This document shows positions 19,605-30,292 of a stretch of 64,000 nucleotides of DNA, piece by piece. The stretch lies in IMG/VR virus record IMGVR_UViG_3300034062_003964, positions 32,001-96,000 of that record; one strand, given 5' to 3'. Position 1 is the first letter of the stretch, and every line of letters starts with the position of its first letter. The stretch is from a virus. The translations under genes and the position numbers were made by a program. The notes below the pieces were generated by a model. That model saw nothing but the letters and a program-made list of their open reading frames with translations, was not told the DNA's origin and ran no database searches.

Positions 19605-20201
19605 ATGTCAGATTTAATGCAAAAATTAGCAATTTCAAAAAAAATTATGGATGCCCATAGTGGTATTAACAGAGGTTCGGTAGCTCCCAATCCAGTATTA
19701 GAAAATTTTGATACACCAAACGCATCATACAACATTCCACAAGAATATATGGGTGAAGTTGCTCAAGAAAGACCAAATTTTGACCCAACACAACCTTTAG
19801 AAGAAAGTAGAATTAAAAACTCAAAACTACCCGATGAAATCAAAAGATTAATGATAGAACAACCGATAGTACAACCAAGTTCTATGAATGGGGGTTCTGT
19901 AATTAGTAATGATATTATTGAGGGAGCCCAAAGATTAATGGGTATGGGTTCAAAACAACAACCACAGGTTGTTAATGAAACGGTAAAAACACAAAAAACT
20001 ACACAGAATTTTGACATGAACGAAATGAAAAATATGATACGTGATGTCGTTAGAGATACGGTTAAAGATGTAGTTAGAGAAGAATTAAAAGAAGCGGGTA
20101 TGTTAGTTGAGTCCACAAGTAATTCAAACGATACATTACAATTTAAAGTAGGTAATCATTTGTTTGTTGGTAAAGTTACGAAAATTAAAAAATTACAATA
20201 A
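19605..20201 (+). CDS. Hypothetical protein
   Basis: 198-aa ORF, last gene before a terminator. Confidence 0.6.
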   Translation: MSDLMQKLAISKKIMDAHSGINRGSVAPNPVLENFDTPNASYNIPQEYMGEVAQERPNFDPTQPLEESRIKNSKLPDEIKRLMIEQPIVQPSSMNGGSVISNDIIEGAQRLMGMGSKQQPQVVNETVKTQKTTQNFDMNEMKNMIRDVVRDTVKDVVREELKEAGMLVESTSNSNDTLQFKVGNHLFVGKVTKIKKLQ

Positions 20202-20221
20202 AATAAAATTTATTCTAATGT

Positions 20222-20257
20222 AAATCCACTTCTGAAAAGGGGTGGATTTTTTATTTT
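20222..20257 (+). terminator. Rho-independent terminator
   Basis: AAATCCAC..GTGGATTT stem followed by a T-run. Confidence 0.8.
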
Positions 20258-20288
20258 ATATATCTTACTTTTATGTAAAAAGTATCAA

Positions 20289-21503
20289 ATGAATAAAATA
20301 AAAGTTTTAGTATTACCATCAGACAAAACGGGAGTGGGTAAATTTAGAAGTGTGGACCCGCATGTTTGTTTACAAAATAACCACTCAGATGAATTCCATG
20401 TCGATATAGATTATGAACCAAAGGTAAATGATTTAAATTATTGGAAAAATTATGATATAGTTCATTTCCATAGAACCATTGGTCATGACTATGATAATTC
20501 AGTTAATTTAATCCAAAGATTAAATAAATTAGGAATTGTAACGATAATGGACTTAGATGATTATTGGTTACCAACAAAAGAACACCCCGTTCACCAAATG
20601 GTAATTCAAACACAATTACACAAAAAAATTATTGAGAACTTAAAAGTTGCGGGTCACGTAACAACTACTACATCATTTTTTGTTAATGAAATATCAAAAT
20701 TCAACAAAAATGTTTATGTGTTACCAAACGCAATTAATCCAAAAGAATCACAATTTAACTCCAAAACAGAACCTTCAGATAAACTAAGATTTGGTTGGTT
20801 AGGTGGTTCATCTCACTTACATGACCTTAAACTTTTAGATGGTACTATGAATAAGTTAACTCCACTAAAAGATAAATTTAGTATGTATCTTTGTGGTTTT
20901 GATATTAGAGGGACTGTGACCGAAATTAATCAACAAACGGGAGAACAAAAACAAAGAGATATTAAACCTGAAGAAACAGTTTGGGCTCGTTATGAGGAAA
21001 TTTTTACCGACAACTATAAATTAGTTGACGATAAACATAAAGACTATTTAATGAAATTCTCACAAGAGGATTATATTTCAGATACAAATCCATTCTACAA
21101 TCGTGTTTGGACTAAACCCGTAACAAGTTACGCTAATAACTACAAATGGTTTGACGTATCTTTAGCACCAATTAAAAACCATATTTTTAACAGAGTTAAA
21201 TCACAATTAAAAGTAATTGAAGCAGGTTTTTATAAAAAGGCAATCATAGCGTCTAACGTTGGTCCTTACACTGTAGATTTAAAACATGCGATGAAAAATG
21301 GTGAATTTACAGACGGTAATGCTTTATTAGTTGATGAGGCGAGAAGTCATAGTGATTGGGCAAAATACATGAAAAAATTAATTGATAATCCTAATTGGGC
21401 TTACGATTTAGGTCAAAGATTATATGAAACCGTTAAAGACACTTACGATTTAAATAAAGTTACAAGAGACAGAGCAGAACTATACAAATCCTTAATAAAA
21501 TGA
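20289..21503 (+). CDS. Glycosyltransferase (GT-B/GT4-like)
   Basis: MDLDDYW, GWLGGSSH, LAPI..HIFNRVKSQLKVIEAG, IIASNVGPY. Confidence 0.8.
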   Translation: MNKIKVLVLPSDKTGVGKFRSVDPHVCLQNNHSDEFHVDIDYEPKVNDLNYWKNYDIVHFHRTIGHDYDNSVNLIQRLNKLGIVTIMDLDDYWLPTKEHPVHQMVIQTQLHKKIIENLKVAGHVTTTTSFFVNEISKFNKNVYVLPNAINPKESQFNSKTEPSDKLRFGWLGGSSHLHDLKLLDGTMNKLTPLKDKFSMYLCGFDIRGTVTEINQQTGEQKQRDIKPEETVWARYEEIFTDNYKLVDDKHKDYLMKFSQEDYISDTNPFYNRVWTKPVTSYANNYKWFDVSLAPIKNHIFNRVKSQLKVIEAGFYKKAIIASNVGPYTVDLKHAMKNGEFTDGNALLVDEARSHSDWAKYMKKLIDNPNWAYDLGQRLYETVKDTYDLNKVTRDRAELYKSLIK

Positions 21504-22228
21504 TAAACATACCTATTAACAAAATACTTTTCCTTGACATTGAAACTGTTGGTCTATGTAAAGACTGGCGTTCTTGTCAACAAAGTCATCCTAAAATTGC
21601 TGAACAATTTGTTAAATACTTTGATTGGTTCTTAAAAAGGTTTCCTGAAGACAATGTTGAAACAAATGGTCTTGAAGAAGAAATGCAAAAAATGGATGAT
21701 GTCTATGCTAAGCGAACAGCCTTGGTTCCTGAATTTGCTAAGATAGTTTGTGTGTCTATGGCATTTGTTTTAGATAATGGTGAGATTAAAAAACAAACTT
21801 TTTCTAACGATGACGAACACAAGTTATTATTAGAAGTAAGAGACCTTTTGAATAGATGTCATAAATTGGATTTTTATCTTTGTGGTCATAACCTTAAAAA
21901 CTTTGATATCCCCATGTTGGCAAAACGAATGATTATCAATGGGATTATGCCATCTAAGATTCTTCCTTCATACGATACGAAGCCTTGGGAAATTAAAGCC
22001 ATCGATACAAAAGAAATTTGGCAATATGGAGCATATACGGCAATTGGCTCATTAGATTTAATGTGTACGTGTTTAGATATACCTACACCTAAAGACGGAC
22101 CAATTAATGGTGGAATGGTTCATGAAGCTTATTGGAACCACAACAGACTACAAGAAATCGCAGAATACTGTGAAAAAGATGTAGATGTATTAATAAACGC
22201 AATTTTACAATTAAAATCTTTAAAATAA
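21500..22228 (+). CDS. 3'-5' exonuclease, PolB-related (DnaQ-like)
   Basis: FLDIETV, GHNLKNFDIP, YCEKDV (DEDDy motifs). Confidence 0.85.
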   Translation: MINIPINKILFLDIETVGLCKDWRSCQQSHPKIAEQFVKYFDWFLKRFPEDNVETNGLEEEMQKMDDVYAKRTALVPEFAKIVCVSMAFVLDNGEIKKQTFSNDDEHKLLLEVRDLLNRCHKLDFYLCGHNLKNFDIPMLAKRMIINGIMPSKILPSYDTKPWEIKAIDTKEIWQYGAYTAIGSLDLMCTCLDIPTPKDGPINGGMVHEAYWNHNRLQEIAEYCEKDVDVLINAILQLKSLK

Positions 22229-22845
22229 TGTTTGATAGAATAAGAGAGGCTAAAGACCAATTTAAAATGTTAAAAGAACTACAATCCAAATTAGGAGATG
22301 TAGATATGAATAACCCATCAGAATTTTTAAAATCAATGGGGGTTAATCTTGATGATTTAAACACCCATTTTGAAAATTTGCACGAGTCAAATGAAGTTGA
22401 GTTTACTAAAGTCAACTTAAACTTTGTTAATGACTCTGATAATGAAAATCCTTCTTACGCTTACCCATCTGATTCAGGATTTGATTTAAGAGCGTCTGAA
22501 GAAGTTTGGATTCAACCTAATTCAAGGGCATTAGTCCCAACAGGAATACGATTAGATATTGGTGAAAACTACGAAGTCCAAGTTAGGTCTAAAAGTGGCT
22601 TAGCCCTAAATCAAGGTTTGTTTGTATTAAATTCACCAGGAACTGTTGATAGTGGGTATCAAGGTGAAATCAAAGTTATACTTTTTAATACCACAAACAA
22701 AAAAGTAAAAATTGAAAAAGGTCAAAAAGTTGCTCAGGCAGTTCTTTGTCCTGTAATTGGGGGTAGATGGGTAGACTTAGTTAAAGTTTCGGAAATCAAA
22801 GAAAAAGATAGAAATAGTAACGGTTTTGGTTCAACAGGACTTTAA
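22228..22845 (+). CDS. dut: Trimeric dUTPase with N-terminal extension
   Basis: SGFDL, RSKSG, GTVDSGYQGE, AQ, R..NGFGSTG motifs. Confidence 0.92.
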   Translation: MFDRIREAKDQFKMLKELQSKLGDVDMNNPSEFLKSMGVNLDDLNTHFENLHESNEVEFTKVNLNFVNDSDNENPSYAYPSDSGFDLRASEEVWIQPNSRALVPTGIRLDIGENYEVQVRSKSGLALNQGLFVLNSPGTVDSGYQGEIKVILFNTTNKKVKIEKGQKVAQAVLCPVIGGRWVDLVKVSEIKEKDRNSNGFGSTGL

Positions 22846-22867
22846 AAATATTATATAGAATAATTTA

Positions 22868-24508
22868 ATGATTACAATAGGATTCTCAACTAGAAAAATT
22901 GATAGTAGTTTTGTTGAACTATTAAAAAAATCATGTGGAGTATCAAACCCACAAATAATCCCAATAGAAAATGAGGGTAAATATTCATTACCTGAAGCTT
23001 ACAATATGATTTTAGAACAAGCAACAAACGATATTGTTGTGTTGTGTCATGATGATATCTATTTTGATAGTAAGAATTGGGGTAGTAAAATATTAAAACA
23101 TTTTAAAAGAAGTCCTGAGTATGGAATTTTAGGGCTTGCAGGTTCTACCCAATTACCAGAATCTGCAAAGTGGTGGGAAGACTTTTCAAAAATGAAAGGT
23201 ATTGTTAATCACGAACATGAAGGTAAAAAATGGGAATCCAAATATTCTGCAAGTTTAGGTAATCAGATTGATGATGTCGTTTTGGTTGATGGTCTTTTTG
23301 TTGTATTGAATAAGAAAAATATTAAACAAACATTTAACGAAGAAATTAAAGGGTTTCACTTTTATGATGTAGATTTTTCATTTAGAAACTTTATTGAAGA
23401 TGTGAAAATTGGCGTTATCTATGATGTCAGAGTTACTCACAAATCAATAGGTCAAACAAACGACCAATGGGAGCAAAACAGAATTAAGTTTGCAGAAAAA
23501 CATAAAGATAATCTTCCCGTTAAAATTAAAAGAAATCTTACTTTAGAATCGCCAATTAAAGTATTACTATCTTCATTATTTTTTAAAACTTTTACAGGTT
23601 CTGAAATGTATGTTTATGAATTAGCAAGAGGGTTAAAAAGTTTAAACTGTGATGTTACCGTTCTTTCAGATATCGAAGGTCCTTTATCTAAAATTGCAAA
23701 TCAACAAGGAATTAAAACATTACCATTCTCTAACCCACCGGGTTATAAATTAGGTGATGGTAAGTGGGGATTTAACACGCCAGAAGGTGTAATCGCTAGT
23801 CAACCAAATATGATGTATAAAATGTCAGATGTTAATTTTGATATTGCTCACGTTCAACACAACCCAATATCGAAACAAATATGTGAGATGTACCCAAACA
23901 TACCAAAAATTTCAACAATACATTCTGAAGTAATAGAGTTAGAAAATCCTTATATAGACGACTCAATTAAAAAATATATCTGTATCAGGCCTGAAATTCA
24001 AAAACATGTTGTAACGAATTTTAACGTAGTTGGGTCTGACACTGAAGTTATTTATAACCCAATCGACACAAAAAGATTTAACACTAATAACATAAAAAAT
24101 TACCCTTACGTTTTATTTGTTGGGACAATAGACTACCTGAGAGAAAAAACAATTAGGGACTTAGTTGAGTATTCAAAATCCATTAATAAAGAACTTTGGT
24201 TAGTTGGTGAAAACAAATCAAACTACCTACCGGAATTATTAGAATTTTCTCATGTTAAACATTTTCCAGCAACTAACAAAGTTGAAGAATATGTTAAAAA
24301 CTGTAGTGAGACTGCAGGTATTCTTTTAGGTAGAACAACAATTGAGGGTTGGTTATGTGGTAAATCAGGATGGATTTACAATGTCGATAATAGTGGTAAT
24401 ATTATAAACAAAAATAAACATGAAGTTCCGTCTGACGTTTACAAGTTTAACTCTATTGAAGTTGCTAAAAAAATAAAAGAGGAATATATTAAAATTTTAA
24501 ATGGTTAA
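22868..24508 (+). CDS. Two-domain glycosyltransferase (GT-A/GT2-like + GT-B/GT4-like)
   Basis: N-term LCHDDI, FHFYDVD; C-term TGSEMYVYELA, GRTTIEG. Confidence 0.8.
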   Translation: MITIGFSTRKIDSSFVELLKKSCGVSNPQIIPIENEGKYSLPEAYNMILEQATNDIVVLCHDDIYFDSKNWGSKILKHFKRSPEYGILGLAGSTQLPESAKWWEDFSKMKGIVNHEHEGKKWESKYSASLGNQIDDVVLVDGLFVVLNKKNIKQTFNEEIKGFHFYDVDFSFRNFIEDVKIGVIYDVRVTHKSIGQTNDQWEQNRIKFAEKHKDNLPVKIKRNLTLESPIKVLLSSLFFKTFTGSEMYVYELARGLKSLNCDVTVLSDIEGPLSKIANQQGIKTLPFSNPPGYKLGDGKWGFNTPEGVIASQPNMMYKMSDVNFDIAHVQHNPISKQICEMYPNIPKISTIHSEVIELENPYIDDSIKKYICIRPEIQKHVVTNFNVVGSDTEVIYNPIDTKRFNTNNIKNYPYVLFVGTIDYLREKTIRDLVEYSKSINKELWLVGENKSNYLPELLEFSHVKHFPATNKVEEYVKNCSETAGILLGRTTIEGWLCGKSGWIYNVDNSGNIINKNKHEVPSDVYKFNSIEVAKKIKEEYIKILNG

Positions 24509-25229
24509 AGTTGTTAGTTGTTTTTGGAATGCCGAAAACTATATTGAGAAATGTATTAATTCAGTTAAAAATCAATTACATAAAAATTTCAAAATGTATT
24601 TGGTTGATGATGTTTCCACTGATAAAACAGTGGAGCAAATAAAAAAACTAATCGATGGTGATGATAGGTTTATACTAATAGAAAATAAAGTAAAAAAGTA
24701 TAAACTAAAAAATATGGATGATTTATTGATGGATGAATCTTTATTTGACGATGATGATATTATTATTGAATTAGATGGTGACGATTGGTTGTATAATGAT
24801 AAAGTCTTAGGGTTTATTAATGACAAATACGAAAAAAATAAAAATTTATGGTTAACTAACGGTAGCTTTGTTTATTCAAATGGTATGATTGGTTTTTCTA
24901 ATAGAGTTAATTATAAAACCGTAAGAACGGATATTTTTGCCTTTTCACATTTAAGAACTTGGAAAGTACATCTTTGGCGTAATATTGATGAGTCGTCGTT
25001 TACCGATGAAAATGGAGAATACTTTAAAGCCGCTCCGGATGTCGCATATTCATACCCTATGATTGAGATGTGTGGTGATAAACATTACGAATTTATACCG
25101 GAAATACTTTTAGTCTATAATGAAGAAAATCCACATAACGAACATAAAGAAAACGCCAGAGCGGGTCAAATGGAACAACAAAGATGCGCAAACATAATAA
25201 GAAACTTAAAAAAATATAAACCACAATAG
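24501..25229 (+). CDS. Glycosyltransferase family 2
   Basis: NAENYIEKCI.S, LVDDVSTD, ELDGDDW. Confidence 0.88.
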   Translation: MVKVVSCFWNAENYIEKCINSVKNQLHKNFKMYLVDDVSTDKTVEQIKKLIDGDDRFILIENKVKKYKLKNMDDLLMDESLFDDDDIIIELDGDDWLYNDKVLGFINDKYEKNKNLWLTNGSFVYSNGMIGFSNRVNYKTVRTDIFAFSHLRTWKVHLWRNIDESSFTDENGEYFKAAPDVAYSYPMIEMCGDKHYEFIPEILLVYNEENPHNEHKENARAGQMEQQRCANIIRNLKKYKPQ

Positions 25230-25230
25230 T

Positions 25231-26877
25231 ATGGAAAATGTTTATTCAACAGCCTATTTAATGGGTGGGTTAGGTAACCAAATGTTTCAAATCGCACATG
25301 CGGTTTGTCAAGGATTAAAAAATAATAAAGAAAGTGTTTTTGAACCCGTGTCTTACACCCCAATGTCACAATCTAAACAAACTACTCATTATGTTGACAA
25401 TATTTTTAAAAATGTAAAATTTGTTGATAAAATTATTAACAAAAAAAGAGTTTCTGAAGAAACCTGGAATAAACCTAATTTAAATTTTTCTTGGGATAGT
25501 AATATAGAATTCTATGGGTATTACCAAAGTCTAAACAATTTTTTAGGGTATGATGAAAACATAAAAGAAATGTTCGGTCCTGATGATAATTTTATTACAA
25601 AATTAAAATCTTTGTACCCAAATTTTAAAAATCAAAAATCTACTTCGATACACATTAGAAGAGGTGACTATCTAACTATAAACGATATACTACCATCTGT
25701 AGATTTAAGTTATATTGATTATTGTATAAATCTTTTAGATGACTTAACTGAAGTATTTTATGTTTTTAGTGATGATATTAATTGGGTTAAAAATAATATT
25801 AAATCTTCTAAAGTGGTTTTTGTTGACCAGTTACAAGATTATGAAGATTTATGGATGATGAGTTTATGTGAAAATAACGTAATATCAAACTCAACATTTT
25901 CATGGTGGTCAGCCTTTTTAAATAAAAATGAAAATAAAAAAGTTTTATGCCCAAGTATGTGGTTTGGACCTAAAGGATTTCAAGATTACGATAACATATA
26001 TGTAGATGGATGGATTAAAGTAAACGTAAATTACAATAATGGGTTATTAGTAAAAACAAAAAACGACACTATTAATCTAATAGACTCAACATTCTCACAC
26101 TCAAAAATAGGTTACTGTAGTGATTACCAAGACTCATTATTTTTTAAATGGAAAAGAGAAAATTTTAATAAAAATGGTAATGATTTTGTTGTTTACACCG
26201 ATGCGAGATTGGGGGAAGTCACAAATAACCATAATTCAATTGCTTGGTTAATCGAACCAAAAGAAATCGCACCATATACCTATGATTTTATTGTTAATAA
26301 CAATAATAAATTTAAAAAAGTATTCACACATGAAAAGTCACTATTAGACAAGGGTGGAAATTATGAATTATTACCATTCGGATGTTGTTGGATAAAACCT
26401 GAGGACCAAAAAATTTACAATAAATCAAAAATGATAAGTATAATATCATCAAATAAGACTCAAACAAATGGTCATAGATTAAGACACGACATTATTAACC
26501 AATTAAATGGTAAAATAGATGTATACGGTAGAACTTACAACCCAATAGATTATAAACTTGACGGACTAAAAGAATATAAATTTCACATTGTGGTGGAAAA
26601 CACTAAAAGAGATTATTGGTTTACTGAGAAACTAATTGATTGTTTTGTGACAGGAACAGTACCAATTTATTGGGGGTGTCCTTCAATAGGTGATTTTTTT
26701 GACACTAACGGTATGATTATTTTTGACAATGTTGGGGAGTTAGTGGACATCGTAAATAATTTATCTATAGATGACTATATAAAAAGACTAGAAAGTATTA
26801 AAAATAATTTTAATAAATCAAAAAAATATTTGTTACCAGATGATATTATTTACAAAAAACTTACTTTAGAAATATAA
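25231..26877 (+). CDS. Fused GT11 (alpha-1,2) + GT10 (alpha-1,3/4) fucosyl/colitosyl-transferase
   Basis: GT11: GGLGNQMFQ, HIRRGDY, SNSTFSWW; GT10: YKFHIVVEN..RDYWFTEKLIDCF..GTVPIYWG. Confidence 0.85.
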   Translation: MENVYSTAYLMGGLGNQMFQIAHAVCQGLKNNKESVFEPVSYTPMSQSKQTTHYVDNIFKNVKFVDKIINKKRVSEETWNKPNLNFSWDSNIEFYGYYQSLNNFLGYDENIKEMFGPDDNFITKLKSLYPNFKNQKSTSIHIRRGDYLTINDILPSVDLSYIDYCINLLDDLTEVFYVFSDDINWVKNNIKSSKVVFVDQLQDYEDLWMMSLCENNVISNSTFSWWSAFLNKNENKKVLCPSMWFGPKGFQDYDNIYVDGWIKVNVNYNNGLLVKTKNDTINLIDSTFSHSKIGYCSDYQDSLFFKWKRENFNKNGNDFVVYTDARLGEVTNNHNSIAWLIEPKEIAPYTYDFIVNNNNKFKKVFTHEKSLLDKGGNYELLPFGCCWIKPEDQKIYNKSKMISIISSNKTQTNGHRLRHDIINQLNGKIDVYGRTYNPIDYKLDGLKEYKFHIVVENTKRDYWFTEKLIDCFVTGTVPIYWGCPSIGDFFDTNGMIIFDNVGELVDIVNNLSIDDYIKRLESIKNNFNKSKKYLLPDDIIYKKLTLEI

Positions 26878-26885
26878 AAAATATT

Positions 26886-27605
26886 ATGAAAAATTTAAAA
26901 GATATTATAAACCTTGAGAAAGACAAAACATCATTTGTTTGTGGTTTAGGTCCTTCTCTTTCGGACACTATAGGACACATTATAAAAGAAAGGAAAAATA
27001 TAGTTTTAGTTTCTTGTAACGATATTGATTTGATAAGTGATTTACAACCTAACTATTGGGTTTGGGCGAATACGCAACAAGTTGGTAGTTTAATTGATAG
27101 ATTAAAAAGAATGCCTAACACATCACTTGTACATGCAGACTCAGTAGACTCAACACCTAGATGGTGGATTGAAAAAAATTTAGGAAATTTAAATTATGTG
27201 GGTTACGACCAAAGACACTTTGATAATAAAACCTGTTATAGTTGTGCAAACGGATGTCAAAATTTTATTAGTGATAGATTAACAATACAAGAAGAGTTAC
27301 AAAAATTTACAGGTAATGATGAGAAATATAGTGCAGGGGATACTGTTGCTGTACATATGTTAGCACTATCTATATTATTGGGGTGTAAAAAAATATACGT
27401 ATCAGGGGTAGATTTAGACTATAAAAAAGGTTATTTTGGTTCTTATATGGCCCCAATATCGGCAACGGAATTTGACTCAACTATACCTAATATGTTAAAT
27501 GATTTTAGAATTATTAACGATAGTGCTAAAAAAATTGGGGTTGAGATAATAAACACAAGTGTAGATTCACGTCTAAGTGAAATTTTAAAAACTGAAAAAA
27601 TATGA
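26886..27605 (+). CDS. Maf/DUF115-like (GT-A variant) putative ulosonic-acid transferase
   Basis: VCGLGPSL, VSCN, LGCKKIYVSGVDL signature of Maf/MptE-like and Cst-type sialyltransferase folds. Confidence 0.6.
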   Translation: MKNLKDIINLEKDKTSFVCGLGPSLSDTIGHIIKERKNIVLVSCNDIDLISDLQPNYWVWANTQQVGSLIDRLKRMPNTSLVHADSVDSTPRWWIEKNLGNLNYVGYDQRHFDNKTCYSCANGCQNFISDRLTIQEELQKFTGNDEKYSAGDTVAVHMLALSILLGCKKIYVSGVDLDYKKGYFGSYMAPISATEFDSTIPNMLNDFRIINDSAKKIGVEIINTSVDSRLSEILKTEKI

Positions 27606-28300
27606 GTTCAATATTTAATCCTAATTATGTTCAAAAAACATATAAAGAAAATAAATCAGATTACCCAAAAAAGTTAGTTAACTATATTATAAAAAAATAT
27701 AACATAAAAGAAGGGGCTAAGATTTTAGATATTGGATGTGGTGATGGAGTAATAACAAAATGTTTTATTGAATGTGGTATAGATGCTTATGGAATGGACA
27801 TATCAAATTCCTCAAAAGAAAACATACCGTCAAAAAAATTTAAATCTTATGATTTAAACGAAAAAAAATATCCGTTTAAAGATGAAAAATTTGATTTTAT
27901 TTTTTCAAAATCTGTTGTTGAGCATCTACAAAATCCGGATATTTTATTAGATGAATCATATAGAATGTTAAAAAAGGGTGGCGTATTAATTTGTATGGCT
28001 CCGAGTTGGAAACATTCGTATAAGGAGGCTTTCTATATTGACCACACACATGTTACACCTTTCACTAGATATTCATTAGAAACCGCTTGTGACCTATCTG
28101 GGTTTGTTTCTGAGTGTGAATATTTTTATCAGTTACCATTAACATGGAAATATTCATTTTTAAACATTTTTAGATACATCATTCAAAAATTACCATTACC
28201 ATACTCACCATTTGAAAAAGTATTATGGGGTAAAAAAACAAACAAGATTATTAGATTCTCAAAAGAGGCAATGTTAATTTGTAAAGCGGAAAAAAAATGA
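27602..28300 (+). CDS. Class I SAM-dependent methyltransferase
   Basis: ILDIGCGDG, FDFIFSKSVVEH, LKKGG. Confidence 0.88.
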   Translation: MSSIFNPNYVQKTYKENKSDYPKKLVNYIIKKYNIKEGAKILDIGCGDGVITKCFIECGIDAYGMDISNSSKENIPSKKFKSYDLNEKKYPFKDEKFDFIFSKSVVEHLQNPDILLDESYRMLKKGGVLICMAPSWKHSYKEAFYIDHTHVTPFTRYSLETACDLSGFVSECEYFYQLPLTWKYSFLNIFRYIIQKLPLPYSPFEKVLWGKKTNKIIRFSKEAMLICKAEKK

Positions 28301-28965
28301 TATCCTTAATTTTAGCAAGGGGTGGAAGTAAAGGCGTTCCAAAAAAAAACATAAAACAATTAATGGGTAAACCTTTAATTGAGTATGTAATTACTTCGGC
28401 TAAAGAATCAAAAAAAATTACAGATGTATATGTTTCTTCTGATGATGAGGAGATAATTGAAATCTCAAAGAATCTAGGATGTAAAATCATTGTAAGACCT
28501 AATGAATTGTCAACTGACACATCTTTAGATATAGATTCTTTTAGACATTTTTGCAAAGAATTAAACCATACTGAACCAATAATACATTTAAGAGCAACAA
28601 CCCCTTTAGTAAATCCATTAGTCATTGATAACGCTATTGAAGTGTTTTTAAAAAATAAAAAAAACATAACAAGTCTTAGGTCTGCACATGAAACTTCAGA
28701 ATCTGTATATAAGTTTTATACAAAAAATGGTGAGTTTTGGCAACCTATAGTTGATACTATGGATACTAATTTACCTAGACAAAGTTATCCTAAAACATAT
28801 TCACCTAACGGATATGTTGATATAGTAACCCCTGAAATTTTTATGGATTCAGATAGTTTTTATGGTGATAAAATTTATTCATTTATTACTGATAAAACTT
28901 ATGAAATTGACACTATTGATGATTTTAATTATATTGAGTATATTTTAAGTAAAAAAAATGTATAA
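28297..28965 (+). CDS. neuA: CMP-ulosonic acid synthetase (acylneuraminate cytidylyltransferase)
   Basis: ILARGGSKGVPKKNIK, VSSDD, RP.ELS.D, EIDT.DDF. Confidence 0.9.
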   Translation: MISLILARGGSKGVPKKNIKQLMGKPLIEYVITSAKESKKITDVYVSSDDEEIIEISKNLGCKIIVRPNELSTDTSLDIDSFRHFCKELNHTEPIIHLRATTPLVNPLVIDNAIEVFLKNKKNITSLRSAHETSESVYKFYTKNGEFWQPIVDTMDTNLPRQSYPKTYSPNGYVDIVTPEIFMDSDSFYGDKIYSFITDKTYEIDTIDDFNYIEYILSKKNV

Positions 28966-30292
28966 GTTCCAGTTAACACCGGTTAAATGTGATTCTGTAA
29001 AAACACGTTATAGAAACATTACAACATCAATTCCATCTCCACAATCATTAGAGTATTTAAATAATTGTATCAAGTATGAGCCAAATTCAATGAATGACCA
29101 ACTACCCGTAGTGTGGGATTCGGCATTAAATTATTCAATTTATGATATATCAGGTAATAAATGGATAGATTTTACCTCATCAATATTTGTCACAAATGTA
29201 GGGCACTCAAACCCAAAAGTAAAAGAAGCTATTATCTCTACGACTAATAAAAATTTATTAAACGCTTATTATTACCCAACCAAAGAAAGGTCTGAATTTT
29301 CTAAACTATTAGTTAATGTTTCACCTAAAAATTTAGACAAAGTTTTATTTTTATCTACCGGTTCTGAGTCTGTTGAGTGTGCAATTAAAATGTCAATTAA
29401 ACATACAGGTAAAAACAAAATCATCTCATTCAATAATGGTTATCATGGCAAAACTATGGGGTCGGCAATGGCAGGTGGTAAATTTAAATCACAAGAATGG
29501 ATACCCGTTAAAACATATGTAACTCATTTACCTTACCCTGATACTATTACATTAGAAAAAGAAGGGTTGTTACCACAAGAACTTTTTGAAAAATATTTTA
29601 AAGATATAAATCCTTCTGAGTATTCCTCAGTAATCATGGAACCATATCAAGGATGGTCAGCCGAATTTGCGTCAAAAGAATATGTTAAATTATTAAAAAA
29701 ATGGTGTGAACATAATAACGTCTTATTAATAATTGACGAGATACAATCAGGGTTTGGTAGGACAGGTAAATTATTCGCTTATGAACATTTTGATATTACT
29801 CCCGATATAATTGTTTGTGCTAAAGGGATTTCATCATCATTACCATTATCTTGCGTAATAACTAATAATAAAATTATTAACAACGATATGTCATACAACA
29901 GCACACATGGGGGTAACCCTGTTGCGGTTGCCGCGTCAAAAGCTTCTGTAGAATATCTTTTAGATAATGATTTGATTAACGAATCATATCGGAAAGGTAA
30001 GATAATGGAAACGGAATTATTAAAGTGGAAAGAAGAAATGCCTGATTATGTAAAAAAAATAAACTGTAAAGGATTATTGGCGGGGGTTTTCATCAAATCA
30101 CCAAATGGAAATGACGTTGATTTTGTTGATATGATAATAGAAGTTGCAATGAGAAAAGGTTTATTATCAATTAGGACACAATCAGGAACATTAAAAATAG
30201 GTCCTCCATTAACTATTGATGATGATGCGTTAATTGAAGGTATTGGAGTTTTAAAAGAAAGTTTGATAGAATGTTTAGGCACGTTGGTATAG
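28958..30292 (+). CDS. Class III PLP aminotransferase
   Basis: GYHGKT, MEPYQG, LIIDEIQSGFGRTG, AKG, THGGNP. Confidence 0.9.
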   Translation: MYKFQLTPVKCDSVKTRYRNITTSIPSPQSLEYLNNCIKYEPNSMNDQLPVVWDSALNYSIYDISGNKWIDFTSSIFVTNVGHSNPKVKEAIISTTNKNLLNAYYYPTKERSEFSKLLVNVSPKNLDKVLFLSTGSESVECAIKMSIKHTGKNKIISFNNGYHGKTMGSAMAGGKFKSQEWIPVKTYVTHLPYPDTITLEKEGLLPQELFEKYFKDINPSEYSSVIMEPYQGWSAEFASKEYVKLLKKWCEHNNVLLIIDEIQSGFGRTGKLFAYEHFDITPDIIVCAKGISSSLPLSCVITNNKIINNDMSYNSTHGGNPVAVAASKASVEYLLDNDLINESYRKGKIMETELLKWKEEMPDYVKKINCKGLLAGVFIKSPNGNDVDFVDMIIEVAMRKGLLSIRTQSGTLKIGPPLTIDDDALIEGIGVLKESLIECLGTLV

